NCBI GenBank assembly: GCA_002269645.1
Contig: NIVC01002936.1
Location: 46,133 to 110,132, forward strand
Source: Macrostomum lignano
Lineage: Eukaryota
Direction: 5' to 3'
Length of the DNA: 64,000 nt
The position numbers and the translations under genes are program-made. Position 1 is the stretch's first letter, and the number at the start of each line of letters is the position of its first letter. The notes under the pieces are model-generated. The model was not told the origin of the DNA and searched no databases. It saw only the letters and a list, made by a program, of their open reading frames with translations. Below are positions 34,163 to 46,840 of this stretch, piece after piece.

Positions 34163-37100
34163 TTAACGAGGCTTCTTATTAGTTGAACCGGTACCGCGGA
34201 GGCTAAGACTGGCCGACGGTGAGGTCATTTCGGCGTCCCGAGGGGTCAGCGGCACCACAACCAGGTCCATGCTGACGTCGACGGCCTCGCCTGTCGCAGC
34301 CTGAATGAGTGATTTGTGAAGATTAGGGTTGGTGAAGCTTAGGGTTGGTGAAGATTGGGGTTGGTGAAGCTCAGGGTTGGTGAAATGTAGGGTTGGTGAA
34401 ACTTAGGGTTGGTGAAGCTTAGGGTTGGTGAAGCTTAGGGTTGGTGAAACTTAGGGTTGGTGAAGCTTAGGGTTGGTGAAGATTAGGGTTGGTGAAGATT
34501 AGGATTTGTGAAGATTAGAGTTGGTGGAGCTTAGGATTGGTGAAGATTAGGGTTGGTGAAGATTAGGGTTGGGATTGGCGAAGATTAGGGTTGGTGATGA
34601 AGAATAGGGTTAGTGAAGCTTAGGGTTGGTGAAGCTTAGGGTTGGTGAAGCTTAGGATTGGTGAAGATTAGGGTTGGTGAAGATTAGGGTTGGGATTGGT
34701 GAAGATTAGGGTTGTTGATGAAGAATAGGATTAGTGAAGAATAGGGTTGGTGAAAAGTAGGGTTGGTGAAGTTTAGGGTTGGTGATGAAGAATAGGATTG
34801 GTGAAAAGTAGGGTTGGTGAAGTTTAGGGTTGGTGATGAAGATTAGGATTGGTGAAGCTTAGGGTTGGCGAAGATTAGGGTTGGTGAAACTTAGGGTTGG
34901 TGAAACTTAGGGTTGGTGAAACTTAGGGTTGGTGAAGATTAGGGTTGGGATTGGCGAAGATTAGGGTTGGTGATGAAGAATAGGGTTAGTGAAGAATAGG
35001 GTTGGTGAAGTTTAGGGTTGGTGATGAAGATTAGGATTGGTGAAGCTTAGGGTTGGCGAAGATTAGGGTTGGTGAAGCTCAGGGTTGGTGAAATGTAGGG
35101 TTGGTGAAGCTTAGGATTGGTGAAACTTCTGGTTTGTGAAGTTATATGTTAACACACTTACCCTTTTATAATCTAGCATAGCCTCTTTGAAAGCGACAAA
35201 GTCTGTTATAGTGAATAGCATTTCGAATACTTCGCCTTCTAGTTGGTCTTTTCGCTCTCTATAAAATAAAATTGATACGATTGATGTTATTACTAATATA
35301 TATCCTACTTCCTACTATATATACATAATTAACAGAAACAAGTGGAGATTCAATTTACGTCAACTCGTGAGCGAAACGTTCCATTGAAAAGTCCTCAATT
35401 CGTTGGCTTAATTCCGTTTCCAGATGGCGTTCAAGGGTCGCCACCTGTGTAAAAATTATCAGTCAATAATTTTTAAATGTTGATAATGTTATTAAAATAT
35501 TCAAAATGAAGAAAAAACACGGGACTCTTACATATTCAGCGTGTATATTAGTGTACTCAAGCTGGTTCTCCTCAGACTCTGAGAATAGGTGACTGTAATT
35601 GCTAAAGAAGCTGTTCTGGAGCTCTTGAAATGCGTCCTCTGTAAGGGAAGCGGTTGATTCATATTTAGCTATTTTCTATAGGACAAGAGGCAAGATTGTT
35701 ACTGCTGTTTATGACCGATTGTCGCTGCTGTTTATGACCGATTGTCGCTGCTGTTTATGACCGATTGTCGCTGCTGTTTATGACCGATTGTGATGCTGTT
35801 TATGACCGATTGTGATGCTGTTTATGACCGATTGTGATGCTGTTTATGACCGATTGTCGCTGCAGTTTATGACCAATTGTCACTGCTGTTTATGACCGAT
35901 TGTGATGCTGTTTATGACCGATTGTTATTGCTGTTTATGACCGATTGTTATTGCTGTTTATGACCGATTGTTATTGCTGTTTATGACCGATTGTGGCTGC
36001 TGTTTATGACCGATTGTCACTGCTGTTTATGACCGATTGTTATTGCTGTTTATGACCGATTGTTATTGCTGTTTATGACCGATTTTCGCTGCTGTTTATG
36101 ACCGATTGTGATGCTGTTTATGACCGATTGTCGCTGCAGTTTATGACCAATTGTCACTGCTGTTTATGACCGATTGTTATTGCTGTTTATGACCGATTGT
36201 TATTGCTGTTTATGACCGATTGTCGCTGCTGTTTATGACCGATTGTGATGCTGTTTATGACCGATTGTCGCTGCAGTTTATGACCGATTGTTATTGCTGT
36301 TTATGACCGATTGTTATTGCTGTTTATGACCGATTGTCGCTGCTGTTTATGACCGATTGTGATGCTGTTTATGACCGATTGTCGCTGCAGTTTATGACCA
36401 ATTGTCACTGCTGTTTATGACCGATTGTTATTGCTGTTTATGACCGATTGTTATTGCTGTTTATGACCGATTGTCGCTGCTGTTTATGACCGATTGTGAT
36501 GCTGTTTATGACCGATTGTTACTGTTGTTAATGACGGATTGTTACTGCTTTTTATGACCAATTGTTACTGCCATTTATTACCGATTGTGATGCTGTTTAT
36601 GTGCGATTGTTATTGCTGTTTATGACCGACTTTTATTGCTTTTTATGCATTAGTTTGAAAACTATTTTATTACAATTTATGAAGATATTTCACTGAACAG
36701 TGAATAAATAATTCATTTACTTACCAACCATAATGTCTTCAATGTGGCCAATGGCCTCATCAAATAAACTAACTGGTGCATGGGATTGAATGTCAATATC
36801 ATCTTCGTCGCCAATAAAATCCACTTGGTCTAGCAGTGATGATCCATCTATATTGAAGGGTGTTGGGTTTTTTTAAAGGATTACTAATTAAAAAAGGCAT
36901 TTGGATAACAAACAAGCAAATCAAGGAAATAAAAAGAAGTTATGCACATAAAGTCTGGAGTATAAAGCCTATTTAAACAATACTATAGCAAATATTGCAA
37001 CTACCATATACTTATCTACTTTGGTGCAATGGCTATAACTTTCTATTAAATATCTGTAGTAGATCAATCATACATGCGCAACCTCCAAAATTCGGTCGGC

Positions 37101-39271
37101 CGTGCGACTTAGTTTTAACAAAAATGCGACGTAGTTTTTGGCCAAAAATGCGACTTGCATGTAAAAAAACCGTAAAGCAAAATTAACGCAAGTTTGGGTA
37201 AACGGCAGGAGTAACTATGACTCTCTTATTAAGCCAAAATGCTTCGTCAGCTACTTAGTACTACTACTAGGGTGTTTTTTGAGTGGGCATTTTTGCGACT
37301 TCCTTGGTTGGTCGCCAAATCGGTCGGCCGGATCGGCCGACTCGGCCGACTGTTGCGCATGTATGAGATCAATGCCAAGCACAAGGTATCCTAATATACA
37401 GTGGTAACAATATGGAATATTGCTATATTGCTATAGTCATTATCATTTAAGGCCTAAGATTAGAATTAGGTGGGTTCAAAAATCTGTAGGCTTTAACAAC
37501 TAGCTACAAAATATAATGAAATATAATCAAAATATTTGATAGACATGATTGGTCTAATTTAGAATACAATAGCAAAGGTATCAACAAATCAGAATGCAAT
37601 AGGAGAATCAATGAATTGACATACAGCAAATTTTTAAGAGTTCACTATGATGTGACATTTTGTTAGATTTTTATATAAAATTCCAGTGATACACAACCAC
37701 TAAATTTATTTTCAGTGCCACTAATTAGCGCTGTTACTAATTGATATAAGAAAAAAAATTGCAATTGCTAATAGTGGGCACTATTTCTACTTTGAATTTA
37801 GCGCAATTAGCGCCACTAATTTTGAAATGCACTAATTAATAAATACATTTAATATAAACTGCCACTTCACATGTATTTATGCGTTTTTGCACATTTTTAA
37901 CTTACACAGTTTAAATGAATATACTAATAATGCTATTGCTAATAATTTGTTTACATTATCAATCCTAATAAAAAATCCTCAAGCCGCTGAACTGTCAGAG
38001 CAACAGTTGGTAGAAAGAGTTCCTAAATTACAATGCTGTTTGTTTTGAAAAATGTCAAGGGCACTTGGTACCAGGGCCATGGCCTTCTTATACTCAAGAA
38101 GGAAGGCGAGATCATTAGCTTGAAATGGTGGTTTGGGATTTATTAACCCCACCATCACCCTGTTGATATAGCCTGTTGCTTTGCATCATTGCTTAGAATA
38201 TCAACTGAGCTGAAAATTGAATTCTTTGATTAAATTATTAAATTAAATTAAATTAATCAACAACTTTTTGCAAATGAATTAAAAGTAATAAGAAAACTTT
38301 TGAAAGTCAATGACAAAAACAATATTAATTGTTGATAATTAAAGTAAAAAAATTCAAATTTTGTTTTGCATTTCTAAGTAAATAAGAAACATTAGAGATT
38401 TAGTAATAGGTAGATTATGTAATCTTTAACTTATTACTCAAATAGGGTCTCATTCTAAGTATTAAACAGTCATTAACCATCAAGTTTTATAGGAAAAAAA
38501 TTAATGTAGTGCAATTAGCAATTTTCAAAAAATATTAGTGGCACTTTGATAGTGTGTGCTAATTGGAATTTCAATTTAGTGGAATTAGTGGCATTAACAA
38601 AATTTTAGCGGCACTTTAACGGAATTCAAATTTAGCAGCGCTAGTGCCCATCACTACAAAATTCAATATTGACTTTTGTGAAGAAACTTGGATTTATTGT
38701 TTTATTTTTTAAATGTTTATTAGGCCTATTAGTATTAATAATAATTTTATATTTTAACTTTGCCAAACACTTAAAGTTTAATTTAATCTTTTTGTTTTTA
38801 AAATGATCATTTTTAAATATACTATTAATCAAAACAAATAAGTTTAGTTTGTAATTTTTTGACAGTATAGAGCATTAACAAATTGAGGTTGCAATTGCAT
38901 CACCACTAAAGACAATTTTTGTTTTTTAGGTTTCTCCCAAGTGTCTAGAAAAATAAAAAAAGAAAATCAGAAGTATTTTAGGCCTATCAATATCATGATC
39001 AACATTTACTTAAAGAAGTCTCAAATTTAAAATATTTAAAAATGTCCTTGGAGTCTCTTAAAATTTACTAAAATAATATTTATACAACTAGCTACGTCTA
39101 TCTATAGCTTGTATATCAAGCTGTGTATTTTATAGAATACTATAGGAACCAAATAGGAATAGAATAGAATAGGAATAGTATAGACCTAGCGCCTAGGGCT
39201 AGCTTACCTTGTCGCTGATTACTAGATGAACTTTTTGGCTTATTATTCCTGGCTGGTTGAGAATTAGACAT
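34163..39271 (-). CDS. ARL2BP: ARL2-binding protein (BART), six exons: 39271-39208, 36847-36725, 35638-35532, 35444-35359, 35258-35162, 34300-34163; 204 aa
   Basis: All GT-AG junctions are phase-compatible. Spliced protein contains LFDEAIGHIEDIMVEDAFQELQNSF...EENQLEYTNIHAEYV...FSMERF...GEVFEMLFTITDFVAFKEAMLDYK, matching the BART domain. These exons are missed by the ORF track. Confidence 0.93.
34319..35135. repeat. Intronic 16-bp minisatellite containing TTAGGG
   Basis: Unit TTAGGGTTGGTGAAGA/C. Confidence 0.93.
35700..36640. repeat. Intronic 23-bp minisatellite
   Basis: Unit TGCTGTTTATGACCGATTGT(CGC/TAT). Confidence 0.95.
37069..37365. mobile_element. hAT-type MITE, 297 bp, 14-bp TIR, 8-bp TSD AGATCAAT
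   Basis: TIR CATACATGCGCAAC/GTTGCGCATGTATG; AGATCAAT at 37061-37068 and 37366-37373. Confidence 0.9.
37196..37259 (+). other. 28S rRNA-derived fragment inside the MITE
   Basis: GGGTAAACGGCAGGAGTAACTATGACTCTCTTA...AGCCAAAATGCTTCGTCAGCTACTTAGT versus conserved LSU GGGTAAACGGCGGGAGTAACTATGACTCTCTTAAGGTAGCCAAATGCCTCGTCATCTAATTAGT. Confidence 0.9.
37684..38656 (-). mobile_element. Internally deleted hAT transposon
   Basis: Ends CAGTGAT.../...ATCACTA; 8-bp TSD TAAAATTC/CAAAATTC (7/8); transposase remnant FLLEYKKAMALVPSALDIFQ...CNLGTL/LPT at about 37985-38135. Confidence 0.7.
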
Positions 39272-39805
39272 GTTTGGGATAGGCCTAGGAAAATTGCAAA
39301 ATTATGAATTCCACTTAATTCAAACACTGAGAACACTGAGACACCTAGAAAGAAGCTACAGAACAGAAACGTAAAAAACCTTTCAATAGAAACTGAAAAA
39401 TGGAATTACTTTAGAAAATTTAGAAAATAGGTAGGCCTATTCTATTTATAAAATGCAATTTTTTAGTAAACCTTAAAAACAGGCCTAGTTGCAAAATAGA
39501 AATTGAAAAAATTTTACTACCTAACACAGTGGCACTTTATACTAAAAATTCTGCGGCCTATGACATATGAGTCCAACGTCTTAGGATACCTCGTTCAAAT
39601 TGTATTGTATTGTATTATAATGCACGGTTTTTTTGCAAATTCTCTACAGCTGTTATGTTTGAATTTTTGTAGTTTTTGTTAAAACAAACTTTAAGCGCAA
39701 AATCTATTTATTTCTTTTTAAATTTGTAGGTATTGCTTTTGTAGTAGTAAATTTTATAAACAATTAGTTTAAAAACAACTAAAAGATTAACATGATATAG
39801 AAAAA

Positions 39806-39859
39806 AGAACTTTCTAGAAGTTTCTTTGCATCATTTCGAACGTCGTATTTATATAAATA
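39806..39859 (+). promoter_or_regulatory. Heat-shock element (four alternating nGAAn units) plus TATA box
   Basis: AGAACTTTCTAGAAGTTTCT at 39806-39825; TATATAAATA at 39850-39859, about 100 bp upstream of the DnaJ ATG. Confidence 0.85.
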
Positions 39860-39959
39860 AAGACGCCAGATATGCGCCGCTCCTGTTTAAGATTCTGCTT
39901 ATTATCTCGACTGATATTTTTCTCGACGAAACTACAGCTACGTTCTGCATTCACTTACC

Positions 39960-41009
39960 ATGGGTAGAGATTACTACAAGATTCTAGGCATTTCGCGAAG
40001 TGCCACTGACGACGAAATCAAGAAGGCCTATCGAAAGATGGCTTTGAAGTATCATCCTGACAAAAACAAGTCGCCTAACGCCGAAGACATGTTCAAGCAG
40101 GCCGCTGAGGCCTACGAAGTGCTAAGCGATCCGAACAAGCGAACGATCTACGACAAGTACGGAGAGGAGGGTCTGAAGGCCCAATCTGGAGGCGGCCCGT
40201 CGGGTCCTCAGGGCGGCCCAACTGGCGGTGGACCAGGCTTCACCTATACTTTCCAGGGCGATCCGCGCGAAACTTTCCGAATGTTCTTCGGCACCGACGA
40301 TCCGTTCGCGGCGTTTGGCCATCGCGGCTTTGGCAATTTCGAGCACATGGATGTTGACGATGATGGTGGCATGAGCAGTTTCAGCGCATTCAGCAGCGGA
40401 GGCCATCCATTCAGCATGGCCTTTGGCGGTGGCGGCGGCGGCGGCAGGCGCGCCCGCAAGGACCCGCCGATTCATCACGACCTCAGCGTCTCTCTTGAGG
40501 ACGTGCTCAACGGCTGCACGAAGAAGATCAAGATCACCCGGAAACGCCTGTCACCAGACGGCCAGAGCCTGGTGGAGGAGGAGAAAATCCTTGAGATCGC
40601 CGTCAAGAAGGGCTGGAAGGCCGGCACGAAGATCACGTTCCCGGAGGAGGGCGACCAGCTGCCCAACCGGACACCAGCCGATGTGATCTTCACCCTGAAA
40701 GATCGCACCCATAAGTATTTCCGACGCGACGGTGCAGATATTCGCTACAAGGCCAAGATCAGCCTTCGCGACGCTCTGTGCGGCTCCACGCTGCAGATCC
40801 CCACACTGGACCCCGGCCGGCACATCCCGCTGCAGCTAACTGGGCCAATCAAGCCTACGTCGTTAAGAAAGATCAAAGGCGAGGGCCTGCCGTACCCGAA
40901 ATCGCCAGACGAACGCGGCGATCTTGTCGTGGAATTCGACGTAGAATTCCCCAATCAGTTGGACGAGAAGACGAGGCGACAGCTTTACAGCTTATTGCCG
41001 GCTTCGTAG
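39960..41009 (+). CDS. DNAJB4: Class B Hsp40 (DNAJB1/4/5 type), intronless, 349 aa
   Basis: [11 protein letters not shown]-domain with HPD, G/F-rich linker, C-terminal substrate-binding domain ([13 protein letters not shown]); no zinc finger. Exact paralogue name is nominal. Confidence 0.96.
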   Translation: MGRDYYKILGISRSATDDEIKKAYRKMALKYHPDKNKSPNAEDMFKQAAEAYEVLSDPNKRTIYDKYGEEGLKAQSGGGPSGPQGGPTGGGPGFTYTFQGDPRETFRMFFGTDDPFAAFGHRGFGNFEHMDVDDDGGMSSFSAFSSGGHPFSMAFGGGGGGGRRARKDPPIHHDLSVSLEDVLNGCTKKIKITRKRLSPDGQSLVEEEKILEIAVKKGWKAGTKITFPEEGDQLPNRTPADVIFTLKDRTHKYFRRDGADIRYKAKISLRDALCGSTLQIPTLDPGRHIPLQLTGPIKPTSLRKIKGEGLPYPKSPDERGDLVVEFDVEFPNQLDEKTRRQLYSLLPAS

Positions 41010-42244
41010 ATCCGTTTTTGCCGTCTGATTGATGACGCAATAACTGGACTTGTTCATTAACTAATAAATAGTTGAATAATTTAATCTACTGAACTGACGA
41101 ATGCGCTGTTTTGCATTTGTAAATATATGATCGAGCAGAAATTTCATGTATTGATCACAAAGTTATGTATACTGTAATCTACGGTTTGCTTAATATAATA
41201 ATACCCCCCCTCCCCTGTTATCAACTTACTTTAAATACCCCTCAGTTTCTTTAAAGGCTTTCATTACTCTCTTATAGTGTTTTCATGTTATTTTTCTCGT
41301 CATTTTAACCCATTGAGTGATGTACAGTATGCATATGCACAATATTTTATCTTTGTTAAATCAGTCTGAGAGTCGCTTTGCTTAAAACTATTTAACGAAA
41401 ACAAATATACTCGAAATTGCTCTTATTAGTAGGATTCATTTCATTCTGCAATCGAATCATTTAGTTAGTATTTTTTGTCATTAATAATACATTCGAAGAC
41501 CTTTCTGTGTACTCTTATTTATTTTGCAACTTTTTGTACGTGCCAGTTAAAAAACGAAGGATCGATTTACACTACTTACAGTATAGAATGTCTAGATTTT
41601 GAATGTGACATGTATTTTGGGTGATTATTTAAATTTTAGGGTTTCACTATAGACAAATTCGGTTAAGAGAAAAATTCATCTATAATTCTCGACGAGAGCT
41701 TCACTTTATGCAAAAGACATCTACAGCCTTAGTTGGAGTTAAGAATAGTTCTATTGTGTAGATTCAATTGCACTAATTGCATGAAGTAAACAACGTATGT
41801 GATTACAATGAATTGCAAAAAAGCTATTAGTGTAATTGTTAATAACTTGCGTCAGATACTACTCAAGAGACGTAATAAGAAAATCTAGCTTTAATTATAT
41901 TTGTTACTGTTGCTATTTTAATTGTCTTGAATTGTATTACATATAGATTTCATGCATGTAAATGTAGTTTAGTATAAACAGTAAATTATCAATCAAAAAT
42001 CATTGCGGTACTTTCATTCTTACAAATAATAAATTAGTTGCTTCGAGGAATTATAAAGAAAACAGATCTAATAAATGGTTAGAGTGTACCATAGTACTTG
42101 ACTTCAATATAATTAAAGGGGAGTAATTGAGAATCGTTGTTTTCAACAATACTACACATATCATAGATATACATTACATATTAAAGGAAATAAAAGCTAC
42201 TGTAATATTAGAAAATTTATAATTTTTGTAAATAAAATAAATCT

Positions 42245-42480
42245 GATACGCTGATACCCCATCAAGAATCAGATACCCCATCAAGAATCAGATACCCCAT
42301 CAAGAATCTGATAATACCCCATCAAGAAGCTGATGCCCCATCAAGAATCAGATAATACCCCATACCCATCAAGAATCTGAATACCCATCAAGAATCTGAT
42401 ACCCCATCAATAAACTGATAATACCCCATCAAGAAGCTGATACCCATCAAGAATCTGATACTACATCAAGAATCTGAATA
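42245..42480. repeat. About 19-bp degenerate minisatellite
   Basis: Unit GATACCCCATCAAGAATCT. Confidence 0.88.
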
Positions 42481-42489
42481 CCCCTCTAC

Positions 42490-43430
42490 ATACACCCGAG
42501 TGTCCTTGTAGACTTCATTCAACTCTACATAGGCTACTCAATGAATTCTGATGGTCTGCAAAGCTGCCACGCTGCTCTCGGCGCTGTTATTGAACCACCA
42601 ACCGCTGTTGCCAAGCAAGAATAGGAGGCTAGGTCATTGTCCTAGTCCATTGTAGAGAACTTCATTCCTTTGTGATAAACTAGCGGACTTTCAGTTGAAT
42701 TGGAGCTCGCGGACAGATAAGCGTCGAAGTTCATCGTGTACTTTGTGCCGGCGTTGCCGACAGTAAATCCGGAATGCTCACCGAAGTAAAGTAAGTTCGA
42801 CCAGGTGGTGAATTAGTCGCGGCGGTTGCCAGTCATGCAGAAGGTGAATCTGACGCAGTCCTGCGAAATAGGTAGGAAATTCAGTTGTAATTGCACATTA
42901 AACTGTGCATGCAGGTTGAGTTGTCCTATCAAACCGCTCTCCAATGTACACTAGCTCCTATCAAACCGCTCTCCAATGTACACTAGCTCCTATCAAACCG
43001 CTCTCCAATGTACACTAGCTCCTATCAAACCGCTCTCCAATGTACACTAGCTCCTATCAAACCGCTCTCCAATGTACACTAGCTCCTATCAAACCGCTCT
43101 CCAATGTACACTAGCTCCTATCAAACCGCTCTCCAATGTACACTAGCTCCTATCAAACCGCTCTCCAATGTACACTAGCTCCTATCAAACCGCTCTCCAA
43201 TGTACACTAGCATCCCACTCACCCACTATCTCACTCATCTCTCGCAGCATCCCACTCACCCACTATCCCACTCATCTCTCGCAGCATCCCACTCACCAAT
43301 CCAGAAGTCGAACTCATCTCCGAATCCAATCTCGTAGTCGCCCCATCCGCGAGCAAAGTTCGGCTTGCCTTTGTAGCGCTGCTGGATGACTTAAAAGCGC
43401 CTCGTGCCCACAAAGGCGAACGTGTCTGTT
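42490..43430 (-). pseudogene. Fibrinogen-related domain (FReD) pseudogene, exons about 43430-43297 and 42860 to about 42490
   Basis: *VIQQRYKGKPNFARGWGDYEIGFGDEFDFWIG|LRQIHLL; YHKGMKFSTMD*DND...GWWFN. Stops at 43391-43393 and 42642-42644 plus frameshifts. Confidence 0.8.
42925..43210. repeat. 32-bp intronic minisatellite
   Basis: Unit CTCCTATCAAACCGCTCTCCAATGTACACTAG. Confidence 0.95.
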
Positions 43431-43574
43431 AATGAGCGAATTACATTTTGAAAAATGTAGCTCGTACTTATGCTTTAATTTTTTTTTCTCTAATTTCGCA
43501 CCACACAAGGACATAAATCAACTGTCTCATAAATGTGCAAATGATTCCCCATCATTCCATCCCCCATTCTACAT

Positions 43575-44100
43575 CAATATAAACCATTTCACATCAGCCT
43601 AAACCATTCCACATCAGCATAAACCATTCCACATCAGCATAAACCATTCCAAATCAGCCTGTAAACCATTCCACATCAACCTAAACCATTCCACATCAAC
43701 ATAAACCATTTTTCATTAACATAAACCAATCCACATCAGCCTATAAACCATTCCACATCAACCTAAACCATTCCACACCAACCTAAACCATTCCACACCA
43801 ACCTAAACCATTCCACACCAACCTAAATCATTCCACACCAACCTAAACCAGTCCACATCAACCTAAACCATTCCACATCAACATAAACCAGTCCACACCA
43901 ACCTAAACCATTCCACATCAACATAAACCATTCCACATCAACATAAACCACTTCACATCAGCCTTTAAACCATTACACACCAGCCTAAACCATTCCACAT
44001 CAACATAAACCAATAATAATCAATATAAAGCATTTCACCTCATAAACATCATTCCACATCGACCTAAACCACTTCAAATCAATGTAAACCATTCTATATT
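43575..44100. repeat. About 20-bp degenerate minisatellite
   Basis: Unit AAACCATTCCACATCAACCT. Confidence 0.9.
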
Positions 44101-44734
44101 AACTTAAACCTTTTCAAATTGAAAATAAAAATTTCACCAACCTAAGCACACTAATCCACATCATTCCACATCAATCTAAACTAAGAATCTTGTACATGCA
44201 CGCAGCAGTTCAGTACAGCTCCAATATGATCATTATAGATGTCGTCCAGAACCCTTCGGTAAGCCGTGCCACCATGGAAAGCAGAATCCAAATTGGCTCT
44301 GACATCGGCGGAGAACAGGCGCTGTTTGGACTCTCGAATAAACTTCGCCACGGGCGCAGCTGACAAAGTCTACTCGTGAGCATTTGATGAAGCATTCAGT
44401 CTCGCTGTTTGCAGCTGACTGCACAATCTCAGCTGGCACATTAGGACCGATAGACTCACTGGTAAACACTGAAATTTTTTGTTGTGTGAGAGACCACAAT
44501 GAGACCAAATACTTCTAATGTAATTTTTAAGGATTGATTTGGTTAGCTACTTTGTGGCTTAACTTTCTAATTCGGTGGTTTTAGCCTATTAGTACATGCA
44601 CTTTAATGGGTCTGATTCACCGTCTGGTCGAGTCGAGACTGCAGAACCGCTAGAGATCCTTGAAGATCGGCGACGTGTTGCACCGTTGGCGACTCCAGCT
44701 GACAGGCCACATCAATAATAACATCAATAATTGA

Positions 44735-45025
44735 CTACACCTGCCCAAATTGGGCCAGATGTGCAACCGACAGCTCTGCCGCAGCTATTGCGCGGCGTAT
44801 CTGAAGGCTGCGTACGGCTGTTTAGTCTAATTGGACGGGGGGGTCGCCACACACACACCCTCAATTATCCCAGCTAATGCTGGCAACCATTTTACAGCTG
44901 GGTGAACTGAAGCAATACAGAGAGTTAAGTGTCTTGCTCAAGGACACAAGTTGTTCCAAGTGAGTCGAGAATCGAACCCCCCCCCCGACCTGTCAATGTG
45001 AATTCAAGGCTCCTCAATCCTGATA
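44735..45025 (-). mobile_element. tRNA-derived SINE, family A, copy 2
   Basis: Reverse complement of 24444-24735, sharing GGCCCAA...CAGGTGTA, GCCGTACGCAGCCTTCAGAT and GAGCAAGACACTTAACTC. Confidence 0.85.
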
Positions 45026-46369
45026 GCTAAAACGTAATTACCTAATCGAACCAGCAAATTTGTTATAAAAAACAGTGCTTTACTTACATGTTGCCGAAGC
45101 TACAGAGACGCTGTGAACTACAGCAAACACAGTTGTCCCCAGCTGCATGGCTTGAGTTTACTGCTGTGTAAAAAAAAACTATCTGAAATTAATTTCTAAG
45201 CAACGCCAATAAATGTAACAAATTTTTTATCCCATAAAATTTGCAGACAACCCTCCTTCACTGAGTGACTTCCAAGCAGCAATTAAGCTGATTGCCCCAG
45301 CAAAGCTACTTTTATCCAATCATGCTATTATTCATATTCACCGATTGTTTGTATTAGCAGCGCAGCATCACAGAACGCGGGTAGCACATAGTTGTGGTGT
45401 CTCAACAGACTAACACAGGAAACACGAGTACGTGGCAGGTAAGACTTTTTGCCGGAAAAAAGGGCACGAGCTCCACTTAGGGCAACCCGCGCTTTTATTT
45501 GATATTTAACAGTAAATTGTTACACGATCGATAAATTCAACCGCCAAAATGTCACGTGATTAAAAATACGTTTCACAATACAATATACGAATAATTTATT
45601 AACTGCACTACTTAAAGTAGAGTAGTAAGAAAAAGTAAGAAAAGGTTAGTTAGACGAACGGCCCTTTTATGGGCTCCTAGTCACGACACAACAATAGTAC
45701 TCCAGGTCATCTAACAGTCCTTCAAGTTGTCTGAGAATATTTGAATATTAGAAACCGGTTTGTTCCGGTAACCTATGCTCCATTGCGTATCACTGAACTC
45801 TGCAGTTGTATTGGGGACTGGGTGTGCGTTGGGCAAGGACTACCTCAAAACTAGAATCTGGACCAGGGATTTGGAAACATTTTTTCACCTAGAGGGCCAG
45901 ATGAGAGTGGAAAGTAGAGAAAACGGAAGATGAGAGTTGAGAAATGGCATACAAAAAGAGATAAGAGGAAAGAATTGAGAGAAAAGAGGGGAGAGGAGAC
46001 AGAAGAGAGGAGGGAGGAGAGAAGAGGGGAAAGAGGAGAGAGAGGATAGAAGAGAAGAGAGAGGAGAGAGAGGAGAGGAAAGGGGAGAGATGAGAGAACA
46101 TGAAAGGGAAGATAATAGAGGGAATCTTAGCTGCATTTTGAGCATTGCCGCTCTCCGATGACTGCTTTTTACTCCAGGATGCTAGGTTTCCTTGGCTGGG
46201 GTTAATGCTGGTTGGGGTGGGTGGGTGGGTGTGCTGTGTGAGGTTGTTGGCCTGCCCTTGCCTGTTCGTTGCCAGGCGCAACTGCGAAAGACAAATAATT
46301 TTGAGCGCTTCTATCATGTTATATGCTTTGTAGGTGATATTTTTTACAATATCCTTTCCTGGGATCTGG

Positions 46370-46371
46370 CT

Positions 46372-46458
<87 letters not shown>

Positions 46459-46596
46459 ATAGTAGTAGTATTAGTAGTAGTAGTATAGTAGTAGTAGTAG
46501 TAATAGTAGTAGTAGTAGTAGTAGTAGTAGTATAGTAGTAGTTGTTGTAGTAGTAGTAGTAGTCCTCGTCGTCGTCGTAGTAGTAGTAGTAGTAGC
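46370..46596. repeat. (GTA)n microsatellite
   Basis: Direct reading. Confidence 0.98.
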
Positions 46597-46840
46597 AACG
46601 AGAAAACCGCTTTTCAATTCGATTTTAGTCTGCAAGTACAGAAACCGCTTCAGTTAGCTAAAGGTACGTACATATTTTTAAAACTTTCTTGTTGGTCAGT
46701 TTTCTACGACTGTTAAATTTAGTTCCGTTTACAGGTATACAGAGAAGCAGAAACCACTGTTTTAGGTTGTACAGACGACTGTCTTACAGTCCAATACTAT
46801 AAGTGATCAGTGTTGCGTCTGTCCTGTCGCTCTTGCAACT

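Noticed and set aside
37196-37259. Possible rRNA gene
   Set aside because: Only a short diverged 28S fragment inside a MITE; no flanking rDNA.
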